Source of the DNA: Daphnia carinata
Lineage: Eukaryota
Assembly: GCF_022539665.2 (NCBI RefSeq)
Contig: NC_081333.1
Location: forward strand, 6,262,001 to 6,326,000
Length of the DNA: 64,000 nucleotides
Reading direction: 5' to 3'
In this document: piece after piece, positions 1 to 12,861 of the stretch
Numbering within the stretch: position 1 is the stretch's first letter
Layout: each line of letters opens with the position of its first letter
Program-made: the position numbers and the translations under genes
Notes under the pieces: model-generated
Seen by the model: the letters and a program-made list of their open reading frames with translations, nothing else
What the model was told of the DNA's origin: nothing
The model's database searches: none

Positions 1-345
1 TTGATGAATCTCTATTAGTGCAGTTTTTAGAATATCCCTCTCCTCTACTAGCTTATTTCTCTTTTTACTGGGTAGATTCTCTGTAGAATGATATTTCGTT
101 AATTGTTTCTCCTCGTCGCTGTCCCTTGGGCTACTTTCAGCGCTTCTAGTTCTTTTTTGAAAAGGTACAATACGAACTTCTGCTATTTCACTCTTCTGCT
201 CGTTTTCTAAACTGGGATATACTTTTTGGGTTGTACGCTTAGTATCTACTACGCTTCGTCTTGTAGGACGATCTTTTACTTCTACAGTTTCTTCTACTGG
301 GGCTGACGGCTTGTATATATCTATTGCTAAGTTGTCAGATGACAT
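1..345 (-). CDS. 5' part of a gag-like ORF of an LTR retrotransposon, running off the left edge
   Basis: Hand translation from ATG at 345 gives 115 open codons to the window edge (MSSDNLAIDIYKPSAP...LIEIHQ). It lies just downstream of a PBS-like site and an LTR. No diagnostic domain is visible in this stretch. Confidence 0.55.
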   Translation of the reverse strand, partial: MSSDNLAIDIYKPSAPVEETVEVKDRPTRRSVVDTKRTTQKVYPSLENEQKSEIAEVRIVPFQKRTRSAESSPRDSDEEKQLTKYHSTENLPSKKRNKLVEERDILKTALIEIHQ

Positions 346-480
346 TTAGGTGACTTACCCTTGTAGCGGGGAGTTCTAGACGATTTCCGGTCGTCTGCGA
401 TGTTTAAGTGGGTAGACCTGCTGGTCTGCTGCTGGGCAGGAGTCCGGGGTCGTCGGATTTGAACAAAGTTCAAAACTGGA

Positions 481-1264
481 CACGTTCACCAAATGTAATG
501 TTTAACTTGTAAATGACTTTCAACTCGGCTTACTAATTACTAAGTGTATTTTCACAAGACTAACAAGACTAATCACAGGTGTAATGTAAGATTCTCTAAA
601 ACTCTACTACACTTCAACGCTCTGGACACAGACACACAATGTACTATAACGCACTAAACTCAGACCCCGAGCCCCCTTCTTGTCACAGCTTTTATCAGTT
701 AATATGAGGTCACTCTTGACGTCAATGATCACGTGAAGACGAACTGATCGTAGAGGTGAAGAGCTGACTGATACTGGTTTGGCGTGGGAAGGCTCCGTGA
801 GGATGAAGAACTGTTTGATACCAGTTCGCCGTGGAATCATCCAAGGCTGGAATCTATTAATTAGCTAAGCTAACTAATTGGTGGCGTTCTTCGGTATATG
901 TCCTCATCACAGCCTTTTGAGTAGAAAACTCGTTCTCGTCTTGAGTCTTCTCAGACGTTCTGTGCCAATTCTTGCATTCCAAACCCTGTCTGTGTGGAAG
1001 CTGAATTCCAAGCTCGTCTTGTGACACTTTATCTTCCATTCTTTCACTCGTGAGTCCACGGTAAGACCCTGTTTAATTGTTCCTTCTTTTAACTTGTTTT
1101 CTGAATGTTTCTTCTCGTCTTTTGTTCTCTTGTCTTTTTATTTCTTATGTCCTAGCTTATAATAAACACAGACGTCATTGTGGGTAAAACGCCTCGAGTT
1201 CAGTTTACATTTATTGTCTTAATTTCGGTAAAGTCCGCCTTCCCACACGGGAAGATGCTTTACA
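481..1264 (-). mobile_element. 5' LTR (494-1264) plus primer-binding site of a Gypsy-like element
   Basis: On the minus strand the LTR starts TGTAAAGCATC (1264) and ends TTACA (494). After 2 nt comes TGGTGAACGTG (PBS-like, 491-481). Positions 1055-1264 match the solo LTR at 15165-15363. Confidence 0.75.
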
Positions 1265-1399
1265 TAAGGAAGACCGGCCAGTTTATTCCATTGGTTTTCA
1301 GGGAAAAAGCTGGAATTGTCTGATAAGACAACGAAAATCAAACTTAAACGGAAGTTAGAGGGAATGAAGAAGAAATTAAAAAGGAAAAATAAGAAGAAG

Positions 1400-4241
1400 A
1401 GGTCCTGAATTGCCAAACTTGCACAAGCCACCATGGCAGCATCTGTGTCATCAACCTCTGGTCTTTCAGAGTTTGCCTAAACAGAAATTCCTGAACCAAG
1501 ACTAGCAAGTAAACTGCCAAATGCCAACACCAATTTTCAACAGTGAAGGCTGCCTAGTTTTCAGCAAATTTGATTTTGGAGAACTATTAAATCCCTCACG
1601 CATTCTGAAAAAGACCAATTTAGATCACAAAGTGGCAACGATTTAAATGAAAAAAAAACTAAGAGAAACAGGCATGAAATGGTGATCTGCAAATAGCTGA
1701 AGGTTTTCAGGTAAACTATCAATTTGACAAACACATTTGTAAGATCATCAAAACTTTTAACCTATCTGTATTGCAATAAGCTGCGTCTATACTGGCAGTT
1801 TTTACAGACAAGTTACAGACATACGGCCATACTGAATCGATACAGACATACGGAAAGCTTATTCCGTGCAATCTACACTAGCGATTTTCCGTAACCGTAT
1901 GCCTTTTTGCCTGTATGTCTGTAAGAAAAAAAGTTTTAAATGTTTCAAACTTTTCCCGTAAGCGAGAGCTTCCGTAAGCTAAAAAATAAGGTTCAACCAA
2001 TCAGAATGAAGTATATATTTTTAAATACTTTTTATTAGTACAACAACACATAACTGCAACATTGTTTGTTGATGTTCGTATCCCACAGTTTTCGTGTGTA
2101 TTTAAAAATTTAAATTTGAAAAATAAACGATATCAAAAACATGGGGCCTAAACTATTTCCAAACAAGAAGAAATCTCCAAAGAAAATAACAGAAAGGTAA
2201 ATAATTGAATTGTATTGGTTGCTTTTGCTCAGTTTTTGTAAAATTTTAATATTTTTTAGACTGAAACTAGAAACACAAGACATCGAGAGGTTCATTTTGT
2301 GTATAAAAAATCATCCTGTATTGTAAGACACAGCATTGCATGATTACAAGAACGGACAAGTTCAAGCACAAGCCAGGGCAACAATTGCAGCCCAATTTTA
2401 TTGCAGTAAAAGCACCATTACAATAATGCATATCAAACTTTAATCGTGGTCCTTTTTTGTTGCATTAGAAAGCTGTAGGGCTCATTCTAGTCCAGTTGTG
2501 AAACTGTTTTACATCACGGAGAGCAGCAGGTTGTAATAAAGTATGATACCATGAATGGGTATCCCGGTTTTCTTGCGTATTGTGTAGACGAGTTCACCTA
2601 CAACCTTCATGAATTTTTTAAAATCAATTATGAAATTTCAAGTTTGAATATTATGAAACGTATATGACAGATTACCAAGAGGATGTTTCCTTCGATGTTG
2701 ACGTTCCTTCATCATTTTTCTTATCTTCCACATAAGTGATAACATCAAAACAATTTCTGTGGTTTCAATAAGCTGGTCTAAACTAAGATCCATGGCTTAA
2801 AATTTAACAAAATACACAGTTAAGCGAATACTTCAGGAAGAACGAAACTTCGAGACTTGTTTCATCAACACTTGAAACAGACAGATTTGAGTTGACACTT
2901 GTTTGTTTTGACAACAAAGTTCGCCTAGCGGGATGTGCAGGAACTACCAAAAGGTTGCTCCGCCTTCTATAACGCCCATTTTCCGTATGATGTCTATAAA
3001 CCTATGTGCAGTATAGATTGCGTTACGGAAAAACTGAAATAGCGTGACAGTAAGACTGTATGCCTTTATGCCTGTATGACCGTAACTTTTCCGTAAAAAC
3101 TTCTAGTATAGACGCACCTATAGGTAGAAGACTTTGTGGAATTGCTTGACAAATAAATAAAGAAACGAGATACAAACAGATCAGAAAGTAAAAACAATTG
3201 GGCTGATCGCATCGAAGAAAAGGTAAAGAGAAAAGAATGACAACAGAAAAAGAAAAAAGCCAACATAAAGAAAAAGAAAACTGAAAAGAAAGAACATAAA
3301 GTGATTAAACCAAATCAAAAAAAGGAAAATTTATCGTATGAAGTACTGATACCGACTCATTGATGAGCTAAACTCATGTTCTTTCACGTGCAAGCCATGT
3401 CGTAATACATTTTTATAAAAAATACAGTGGCATGCTTCATGATCTTGGAAATTTTGAAGAAAAAAAATCGTAGATTCATTGTAAAAGGTTTATTAGTGTC
3501 TCCACTAATAAAGACATAAAAAAAGCCCTTCATGGTAGAAAATAAACTAAATTGGTTTGTAATTGTTAGTAGCTTTGTTAACGTCAAGTGCAACGCTTCC
3601 TTATATTTCACTGTAGTATGTGATGTGAATAAGGTAACCAAAAGCCGCTTGAAAATGTCCATAAGGGGAAAACAAGACACGAAGAACGTAAAAAATCATT
3701 TATCATTGCTGGAAAAACGCGAGTTCTTACCAGAGACGTAGAGGGTTCTCTCGGGCTAAAGGTGAGGTTATTCTTTAACAAAAGATTGCTGTTTAACAAA
3801 AGCCACGCATTAACTTTTTAAATTTGACTTATAGACGTTCCTACGCAAAATTGAATATTCCAGTTTTGCTCGAACTATTTATTGCTTTGGTGAAAAGCGC
3901 TCCAAGATAACAGTTGGCAGTCACCGCCTGGCATAGTTATAGCAGTAGGTTATGATTTTAATATATTTATTTGGCTCTTTGTAATTGTGAAAAGAATTGA
4001 AAATCTGATAAGGAAATAAAAGGTATGAGAATCAATTTTGAATTACAATATTCTTTCTTTTGTCCTTGCCTCAGATGATAGTTTAAGTTTGTTACATTAT
4101 TCCTATAAAGATTATTTATAAAATGTTAATAATAATAAACAAGTCTTCGTGTTAACATATCTTTTTCCCCAGCAACCACAAAAGCCCCGCGGAACTCATT
4201 CAGTTTCGGTATTAACAACGAATCAGTGGTCTTTACCTATG
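1400..4241. mobile_element. Remnant of a non-autonomous P-like family (terminus CATAG(A/G)TAAAGACCACTG)
   Basis: The terminus at 4218-4241 matches the termini at 41996, 54784 and 58735. Internal Lys-rich degenerate sequence recurs at about 33450-34010, 39320-40430, 42330-42485 and 57270-58735. The left boundary is approximate. Confidence 0.6.
1779..3119 (+). mobile_element. Non-autonomous PIF/Harbinger-like element with degenerate MADF/Myb-SANT ORF
   Basis: TIRs of about 37 bp, AG(C/G)TGCGTCTATACT..., flanked by a 3-bp ATA duplication. Positions about 2261-2410 translate to FILCIKNHPVL*DTALHDYKNGQVQAQARATIAAQF, which is MADF-like. Confidence 0.75.
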
Positions 4242-4780
4242 TCATAAGTATCGACAAAAAGAAGTTATAAGGGAGATGGACTGGGGGTTGGGGGAATAAT
4301 GAAAGAGGGTGGACAGAACAAGGCTAAGTGCGAAAAACAATTATTTCTTGTATTATATTTAAAAAAGCGATAGTAGTTCAATAAACCAAAATTGTGAAAA
4401 ATGAACTTTATTAAACGGGATATAAGCAATATATAAATACTAACATAATCCGAAATCAGATTGCTAACGAATAAATAATCAAAGGTTAACTAGCGTACAT
4501 ACGCTAACATTGTTTGATCTCGGCAAACCTTATAGAAGGTAACGGTTTCAGCAACCTATGCACATTCCACTTTCCACGGAATAGGAGGTTGGAAATATAT
4601 TTTGGAAACAAATATAAAGTTTGTAGGAACATGGAAATTAAACAGAGAAAAAGGCCCAGTCCAATGGAGAAAAAGGCCCACTTTTAAATTTGGAAAAAAG
4701 TGGGCCTTTTTCGTCTGGGCCTTTTTTGCGGGCCTTTTTCGTCTGGGCCTTTTTCGTCTGGGCCTTTTTCTCCGACCTCC
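4242..4780 (-). mobile_element. End of a DNA transposon with tandem GACGAAAAAGGCCC subterminal repeats
   Basis: Terminus GGAGGTCGGAGAAAAAGGCCC with about 14-bp tandem units. An inverted copy starts at 41442. It truncates the INTS10 copy at 4781. Confidence 0.65.
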
Positions 4781-5592
4781 ATTCAGCCTCATTTGGAAAA
4801 TCAAAGAATCTACAGTTGTGATATATAAGATTGCTGAAAAAGATTGAAAAGTAATTTCGCTGTATATTGTCACACTGGACTTTACTTTAGAAAATGATTT
4901 GTATTGAACTAAAAGGGGAAAATACAAAACATAACAGAAAGGAAGAATAACTACGCTTTACTTAACTGAAACACAGGAACGTGAAGAGAACTCAGGAAAT
5001 TGAGAACTTGAAAAGAACTCAAGAACTTCAGAACTGACAAGAACTAACTTAGGGTAAAAAATGTGTGGGCTTTTATACCCTCGTGAAGGATATACGCCCC
5101 ATCTCTAGGGTTACATAAATTCAAGGAATAACTAGCTTCTACCAAATAATTTGCGTGTTGCAACTTCCTTTCAAGAGAAGCTGCATTGTACGCCATTTGA
5201 TCGTTGGTTGTCACGTCATTTTCAGAAATGACAACCACGTCACTATTTTCCCCTCGCGACAATATTTACAAGCTGGAAAAGTATCTGGCAGCTTCTTTGG
5301 GATTGTTGGCAGATTTTTGAGTCGTATATGCCTCAAGCTGAGCAAACGGAGCCATTCGTAAGAACAACGCATTCGAAATTATCTTTACTGTTAGCACTGA
5401 AAGTAAGTAAAAACATCAAAGAAGCACACATACCTGAACAGCAAAATTTCTTGCAAACAAAGTTTTAGCAGTTATCATCCAAGCTTTTGCAGTAGCAAGA
5501 TCATGTTTGTGACTATTTTTTGTGCGATAAATCACATATTCTTCGTCCGAAAGCTGATTTTCCTGCATTTCATCAATAACTCCCGTTCGCAT
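4781..5592 (-). pseudogene. INTS10: Truncated 5' duplicate of Integrator complex subunit 10
   Basis: Near-identical to 63159-63572 (MRTGVIDEMQENQLSDE...AKAWMITAKTLF). It is cut in exon 3 by the transposon at 4780 and carries a solo LTR next to the intron-2 donor. Confidence 0.85.
4868..5261. mobile_element. Solo LTR, 394 bp
   Basis: TGTCAC...GCGACA ends with a 4-bp TSD (ATAT). Absent from the paralogous INTS10 intron at about 63240. Confidence 0.85.
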
Positions 5593-5869
5593 TTCTGAGA
5601 ATATATTATTAGCAGACAGACGTTCAAAACAATCAACACAGGTCGCCAGATTCGGACTGCATATATTGGTGTACATGGAGCGTGGAGCGTTACGGCGTGG
5701 AATTCTCCGTGGAAATGGGAGGAGCAAGAAGTCTGTTTACGTTAACTCGTCCAAAAGAGTACATGTCAATAGGCCTCCTGGCCCGTTTAGTAGGTCTTGA
5801 GTCAGCCTGCATGCGAAATTCCGTGGCTTGTCACGTCCGCACTTTACCCTGGCCCCGCTGTATTTGTAG

Positions 5870-8032
5870 ATGGCGAAACCATTGAGTAGGCCTGGATGCG
5901 ACGGTACGCGTATTACGATATACCGTGCAGAAAAAGCAATAATGAATTTTGTCTCGACGTATAAGCGAGAATGTCTCTTGAAAGGAACCTCACCCTTGCA
6001 CGCCATCGAATCATCTTGGCCAGATACCATTCTAAATTTCAAGTTTCTTAGAATCCCATCATCTGAGTGGGATCCGGTTTTGGCCGCTTTAAGGAAAAAC
6101 TTTTCCGTAAAAAAAATTTGCGTGACTATCGATGTTGATTTGAAATCCAAAAACCATATCCACATGACTAAGTTGAAACATCTCCACCCATTTGTCCAAA
6201 GCCTGCTCATTCATTTGAATAACAGTCAACACTTAACTGAGCTCTTTTTGGTTGGAATACCTTTTAGTGTTGCAGACCTGGATTGTGTCAGTAAGGTATC
6301 AATGTTTTAACAAAATAGGCTTGGATATAAATCATGAGCAGGCATCACAACTTCACAAGTTTCATAATGACCATTTTTTGTTGATGTTTTTTTAGGGCAT
6401 TGTTAATTCAAATTCATTAGAACATATTTGCTTTGCAGAAAGCAAGATTGGTGATCCTTACGTCGTCATTCAGCCCATCTCCGCTCCGGTGTCAGATCGC
6501 TTGGTGTCAAATAGAATAGGGCAAATGGTTGTGCATCGTGATACGTTTTCGAAAGAAATGAAGCTAATTACTAAAACTCAGAACTCTCCCATTAAAACTA
6601 GACATGAGTCAAAAAATAAGTATGTCTGTTATAGTCTGTTTATAAGTTTCTAAAACCTATGCAATATTTAAGAAATCACCCATTTCTTTGTTAGAGCAAA
6701 GGGATCAAACGATGGATTGGCAAATGATGCATCGTTCAGTCAACTTGTACATCCAAGGTAAATGCTTTTTCGCGTTTGGCCGACCAACTAACGTAAATTT
6801 ATTATTCATTTTATTTATTATATATTTACGTATTTGTTTCTTTTTCAGAAATGATAATTTCGTGAAGAGAGTTTCGCCAAATAATGCGGAGTTACAAATT
6901 ACTCAAATACATGACGAGGTCAGAACAGTTAAAGCAAAAATTGCGACATTAGAGGAGGAAGTGAGAGAGCTCAGTATAAAAAACAAAACCTCTTCAGGAA
7001 GCATGATGATATCGAGCTCCCCCAAATTTGCTGAAAGCGACGGGCTTAGTAGTACTTTTACCCGAAGTGTGCTAATGTGTTTGAGGCAACTTCAGGACTT
7101 ATTGAGAGAACTGAAGATTACTTCCTCTGTCCCTCACCATTGTCAAGCAAAAGTTCAAGGTCAAGAAATTCAAGTAATTCTCGATGCCGTGTATGCGGCC
7201 GCGCGTCAGTTTGACCCTAAAGCAAACCAAGCAAAATCGGAAAAAACGTGACTAGCGAGAACTGTTCGCTTAGGGGAAGCACGAAAACCGTGAATTACAA
7301 GGTGACAAGGTTATTTGTCCAAGCTTATGGTAATAATCTTATAAATTCCTTTACGCTGTTTTGATCAAAAGGCGGAAAAATCAGGTAAAAGTTGCGAATA
7401 CACTTCTGGCGACTTTCACAAAGTTTGCCAAGGCCAAAGTATGATCTCAGACAAAGAAAATACGACAACCACAGAAGATCTTGCAACACTTTCCCGGACT
7501 ATGAGTTTGGTTGCATCTCTATTTAACGAACACTCGCCAATGAACGATCCTTCACAAATTATGCAAGAACCGTCAGCTGTTAGCCACCATGATTCCTCAA
7601 GAAGTACAACAAGCAATCTTCTTGTGAATTCCTTGAAAAGCCTACGAACGAGTTTGGAAGGATTTTTCTCAACAGCTGGATATACAAAATGATCTATCTG
7701 TAGATCAAAGGAATTTGATACCTGACTTGACCTGCAATAGAAGCGTTTGTTCCCAAGAACAAGCAGGCTCGCATAACAGTACATGTTTCAATTCTTTTTG
7801 TACATCCAGTGCTTCAAGTCGGCCAATTTCGAACAGCTCAACTGAAATGCGGACTAAAGTCTCAAATGATTCTCTTCCGCATTCTGACACCAAACAGACA
7901 AAAAAAATTTGGCTTGAAAAAGACAGCATCCCATCGCCACCGTCATCAACCATCAACTTGTCATCTATTGTCGATCTTTTGGGCAACTTCAGCATTGATG
8001 ATATTGGCAGCAGTACGCTGACACCTCCGTAA
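5870..8032 (+). pseudogene. CEP78: Centrosomal protein CEP78-like, internally deleted and frameshifted
   Basis: The N-terminus (F.S.Y...CLL....PL.A...ILNF..LRI...EWDPVL..LRKN; LTELFLVGI...DL...SKGI.NSNSLEHICFAESKIGD) matches the CEP78 LRR start. Most LRRs are missing after KIGD, and the 3' ORFs (6688-8032) are broken by frameshifts. The gene lies head-to-head with INTS10. Assigning the 3' part to CEP78 is inference. Confidence 0.65.
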
Positions 8033-8849
8033 ATAATGAAGGGAGCAGCGAAAACCATTTATCGTAAAAAAATCTGATGAGTGCGAGTTGCTTTGCTCCA
8101 TAAAATGCCTCCGTCACTAAAAGAAATTCGTGGTTTTTGCGCCTACGGAAAACGCAAAAGTATTTTCGTTAAGCGAGCAACGTTCGCGTTCATCAGAATC
8201 CATCTTAATTTGGGCGACAAAAACCGCGTACTGAAGAAACAAGCCAATTAATTAGGCAACACTCAGTTTGATATAAGAGGAAATTCGTTTTAAAGGCGTT
8301 GTTGTGATTCTGTTTTTCTAGTGGCTAGCTTGAACATAAATGTAAAATTCATATATCTTTTCCCAAAAATGTCTGCGTCTACATCGGAGCTTTTGGGTGG
8401 AACGTTGTGAAGTAGTGATTAAAAAAACGTGAAAAAATCAAAGATGCAGAAAAAAGAAATAGAGAGACCTATGGTGCAAAGCATTACATCTTCACCCACC
8501 TTCACTTGTTTTCCTATTTTCCCATTTTTTTTTTAGATGTAACTGCAAACCGATCCAAGAACATTCTTAAGCTACCCTGTTGACTAAATTTTAAGCCAAC
8601 AACCTTTCATCACCCCACACCCGGAAGAGGCGTTTTTTATGTGTACCATTTTCGATTTCCAAGTATAAGCGTTGAAATAAATTTGTTGTTCATTAATTTA
8701 TTTGTAACTTTTTAGAATTTTTGTGTATTTATCGTCTACTTTGTATTCATACAAGTTCCGCTATCTACTGCATCATCCTTACGGCAGCTTATGGGCGCAG
8801 GCAACAATGCATCCTAATGCAAATATCTTACATGTTCGTACACGCACTA

Positions 8850-11800
8850 TCATCTCTTTACATCAGATGTATCTAGCGAAATTGGATAGCCAATTTCAAT
8901 AACTTGCGCACCATTAACGTTGGAACACATTTCAAGACAAATTCCAAATGGCATTTTTTTCCCTCGGGTATTTGCCAGAACTGCTAATGCTTCGCGACTT
9001 CGGACGGCAGTGTTTTGATCAACACACACCATCTGACATCGGAAACATGGACCGACATTCTATTGCAAATCAACGGAGATGAACGTCTCAACTAAATATT
9101 GTTATCATATTACGCTTCGTTACCTGAAAAACAAAGGGCCCTATTTTTACTTTTTCCAAACCATCTTCTTCAAAAGCATTTGCACTCTGTACAACGAAAT
9201 TGCCTCGAAATCTAGTCAGGTATTCTTCCTAAAGAAGGTAAACTTAAGTGGATAATTATTCGCCTAATTTAAAATACATGGTATAGCTACCGTTAAAGAC
9301 AATTCCAAATCCGTACTTTTAAGCTGCTCCTTCAAACTATTCACGCTGCTATAATTAAGTAGCAAAAAGGGAGAATTATTCACCAGTGATGAATCTAAAA
9401 TTGAACAGCGCAACAGTTTCAGAGCAGGTCGGCCGATCACCTTCGTGACACAAAAAAATTTCATTACTGGTATAACCCTTTCTTAATAACTATGCAAACT
9501 ACTTCGCTCAGCCACTGATTGACCGCAGATTCGCACTGAGCTAACTGGACGACTTTTCCGCATATCTTCCTGAGATTTGCTCCATTGTCGCCGTCCAAGA
9601 ACGTATAATGGTCGTTGATATCCATGCTGATTGACAATTCCGTGCCATGGTATTGTAAAATAAGTTTGTTTCGTTCTAAATCGATGCTTGGTCGAATCAA
9701 ACTTTAAAATATTGAAGAATAAAGCCATTATCATTATAGTAAATTTTATGTTATGAAAGATTCACCAGAGTTTTGGCTCGCGCTTTTGTGTCAAAGCTAT
9801 GCCGGCATCATTTACGATAACCCAGTGTCGGTCATATAATAGCCCAGACTTAGAAATCGGCCATGTTTTTGGACTGAAACTGCCACATGACTTTATCGGG
9901 TAGACGTGAATGCCTACTAATTCAAAATTAGTTCGATTCTGCCGAACGGGATCCAGTAAGGTTTCTGCAATGTCATTTCTCGGTGCCGGTGCCATATTAT
10001 CTGCGAAAATATTTGAAAAACTAAATATTCACGCAGTAAACATTTGAAAGCTAGACCTTGCAAAAAGCACTCTCGTAATATAACCACGAACTGCATGACG
10101 TCCTTTCTTTGTGACATGTAACCAAACGAAACACGAACTGCGCCAGTTGGCCTTCCGTGAATTAAGTCATTTTCATCGCCACATTGATGACCAGACTGTT
10201 AAATAGCATCCATATTTATTAACAATTAGAAGAAATTTGTGGTTACCACACACTAATGTAATACGATAGCAACTGTATTGCATAGGAAAATCTTACCATA
10301 TAATGGGAACATAAATCCTCTTCTGATAATTTAAGAAATCGTTGGCAAGCGGCAGGACTGCAGAAGCAACCTATTCTCACGTGAACATCGTACAAAGTAA
10401 GCATTTTTTCGACCTAGAGAAACAAAAACTCATCAATTTCTAAGCTAATTGTGCAATTACCATAAGTTCAACATAAGCATATCCAATGTAATCGCCGTTT
10501 TCCGCCATCAGATTGAAAGTGACAATGGCACCCTGGCGTTGCCGATCAGTGAATTCCGCGTAGGAATATATTTTCACTAAACTTTTTCCGTTCGCATGCT
10601 TCAGTTGGCACAGGGAAACATACAACAATTGCCCCAGCCGAAATGTGTGGATAGACACATTATCCATTGTTGATACAAGATTTTTAAGCTCCCGCATGCC
10701 ATGGCGGAGTGCGAGTATGGAGAGAAAATTTGCAGTCCCATTTTCAAACCTGTCAATTTTGAAAACATGGTTGTGATTCATGTTGGTTTAAAAAAACATT
10801 TTCTTGGTAGGAGAAGACACAAGAAAAAGTAAGGAATTGAGACCATTTCTTGAGTTAGCGCAAACCACTCGCTTCGACACGGTAGAATTATCTAAAAAAA
10901 TTACTTTTCCTGTAGAACATGGCGTGCCACATGAAAGTCGCGAGAAGACGAAACAATTTCCACCGTCCCTCCGCCAACATACTTTATTGAGCAAAATCAA
11001 CTGAATAGAAAAAAGCAAATAAAACTACAATTCCGAAGGGTCATTAGAAGTTAGTGATCGTTTCATACCTTTTTATGTAGGACATGATTAGCACGCTGAT
11101 GAACGATTAAAGCACCTAAACCTATAGCGTTGAAAAAGAGAAAACGGAAATAAAAACGTTAATAGTTTGTCAGTCGTGAAAATGTCTTGTTTCTGTGTTT
11201 GCCTTTGTCGTACACAACAGGAACTCACCTGTTGGATAACGAAACATCTTGTAAAAAGATATTGCTACCATATCTGGTTGCCAAACAGAGAGATCTAGCT
11301 GATTGGTGCCTACATAAGAGGCGGCATCCAAAAGACAAAACCAGGCTTTTTTGCTTTCCTCCTTATTATTTAGAAGTTCTTTGTTCAAACATAAATCACA
11401 GCTGATGTCAGAGAGGGCTCCCTGTTGCGAATATGATATAAGCTCTAAAGGATATTTGAAGCCACTGAAATTGCATTGCGCTGGGAAGACGAACAATGAA
11501 TTTGATGTCGGCGCCGTTTTTTCGCTTTCTTTCGCAACCTCTGTTTCTACTTCAAAAAATAAACATGAGGTATAGGGCTTATTTTTAAATGATCCAAAAA
11601 GCTTGAAATATCGCTATAATTTTAGTTACCTTTTTTTCCCTGAGAAACTGAAGAAGCAAGATTGGCTTTTACGTGTATCTTTTCACGAATAGGATTATGG
11701 CTTTCCAAATTAAAATATGTGCTAATGTCGTCAGATGGTAACGCATAACATGGAAAATTTCTTTTAAAATATTCCCTCATGCCAATAACTGAAGTGTGAC

Positions 11801-12861
11801 TTTCTTTAAGGTATACAAAGGACCCACAGTCATTTGAACGGGATGGCATACTTGAGAACTAAAAACTTTCAGCCACAAGCCTAAGGCTATCAGTTGCACC
11901 TATATTGTTCAATTGTTATTACTAATCTTAAATCTTAAATTCACTTCAATGCTATCTAAATAACCTGATGTAAATAACAATGTATATTGATTAGGATCTG
12001 CTTGAAAGAAACTAAGTAGTTCAATTCTTGTTTGATCAATAATATCAGTTGTTAATCTGCTAGGTGTGTTACGACTATGAGGATTCCCAAAACAATTCTG
12101 TGTTAATTCTGCAAGTGAATGCTCTATTAATGACTTAGAATACAGTGTGCTCCCGGCATGGTCCAAATACAAGCCTAAGAATACAAAAAATCTAATTACA
12201 CACCATTTGAAAAAGGAGAAAATATTGAGCTTACCTTTCACATGACTCAAGTTGCTATTCATATACTCCCAGATGTAAGGAACGGCCAACCGTACTCCTT
12301 ACCTTCCCCTCTCGTTCCCACGCTTGCAACCCTTTTCCCCCCTCTTCCGCCAACAGGTCATCTGCCGATGGCTCTGGCCTTCAAACTTGCCAATTCTTCA
12401 CATAGGTGTTACATTTACACGCAGAATATTTATTCCCGTTGGGACACCTAATCCTAAACGACCTTGCTTCTCCGTATAAATGTTGCCCTTTTTCCAGATT
12501 GTCAGGCAGTGTGTTTTAAGCTTTGAGTCAGTCTACTTCTAGCCACCAGGCAGTCCACTTTTAGTAATTCTTCAGTGCAGTCTACTTCCAGTTGTCATCA
12601 CAGTAGTGTACTTTTAACTTTCAAGCCGTGTGTTTCTAGCTTTTGGTAGCTCAGCTTCAGTCCAATTTCAAGTGCCATCACAGGCAGTCTACCTTTTAAC
12701 CTTCCGTAAGTCTTCAGTCTTCACAAACACTTGTACCACAGTGCAACAATACAACGCATCATCACGCATCACTATTCCCAATCTAATAATTATATGTAAG
12801 GAACAACCGACATTTTTTCGAACCTTACACAGGCCTCTTCCTCATAGATATCTGTCTCCAT
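8850..12861 (-). pseudogene. MOCOS: Molybdenum cofactor sulfurase (maroon-like), disrupted
   Basis: Motifs YLDHAG, FGNPHS, LDAAS, ISFYKMF, FENGT, IHVYPIKSC, YDRHW and FRGNFVV span the aminotransferase-V and MOSC domains across about 13 exons. A solo LTR splits exon 1 (METDI/WEYM...) and there is an in-frame TAG at 11859-11861. Confidence 0.9.
12274..12844. mobile_element. Solo LTR inserted in MOCOS exon 1
   Basis: TGTAAGGAA...TTCCTCA ends with an imperfect 4-bp TSD (CAGA/TAGA). Removing it restores ATG GAG ACA GAT ATC TGG GAG TAT. Confidence 0.75.

Noticed and set aside
11859..11861. Programmed readthrough of the MOCOS TAG
   Set aside because: The gene also has an LTR in exon 1 and lies in a decayed block, so a nonsense mutation is simpler.
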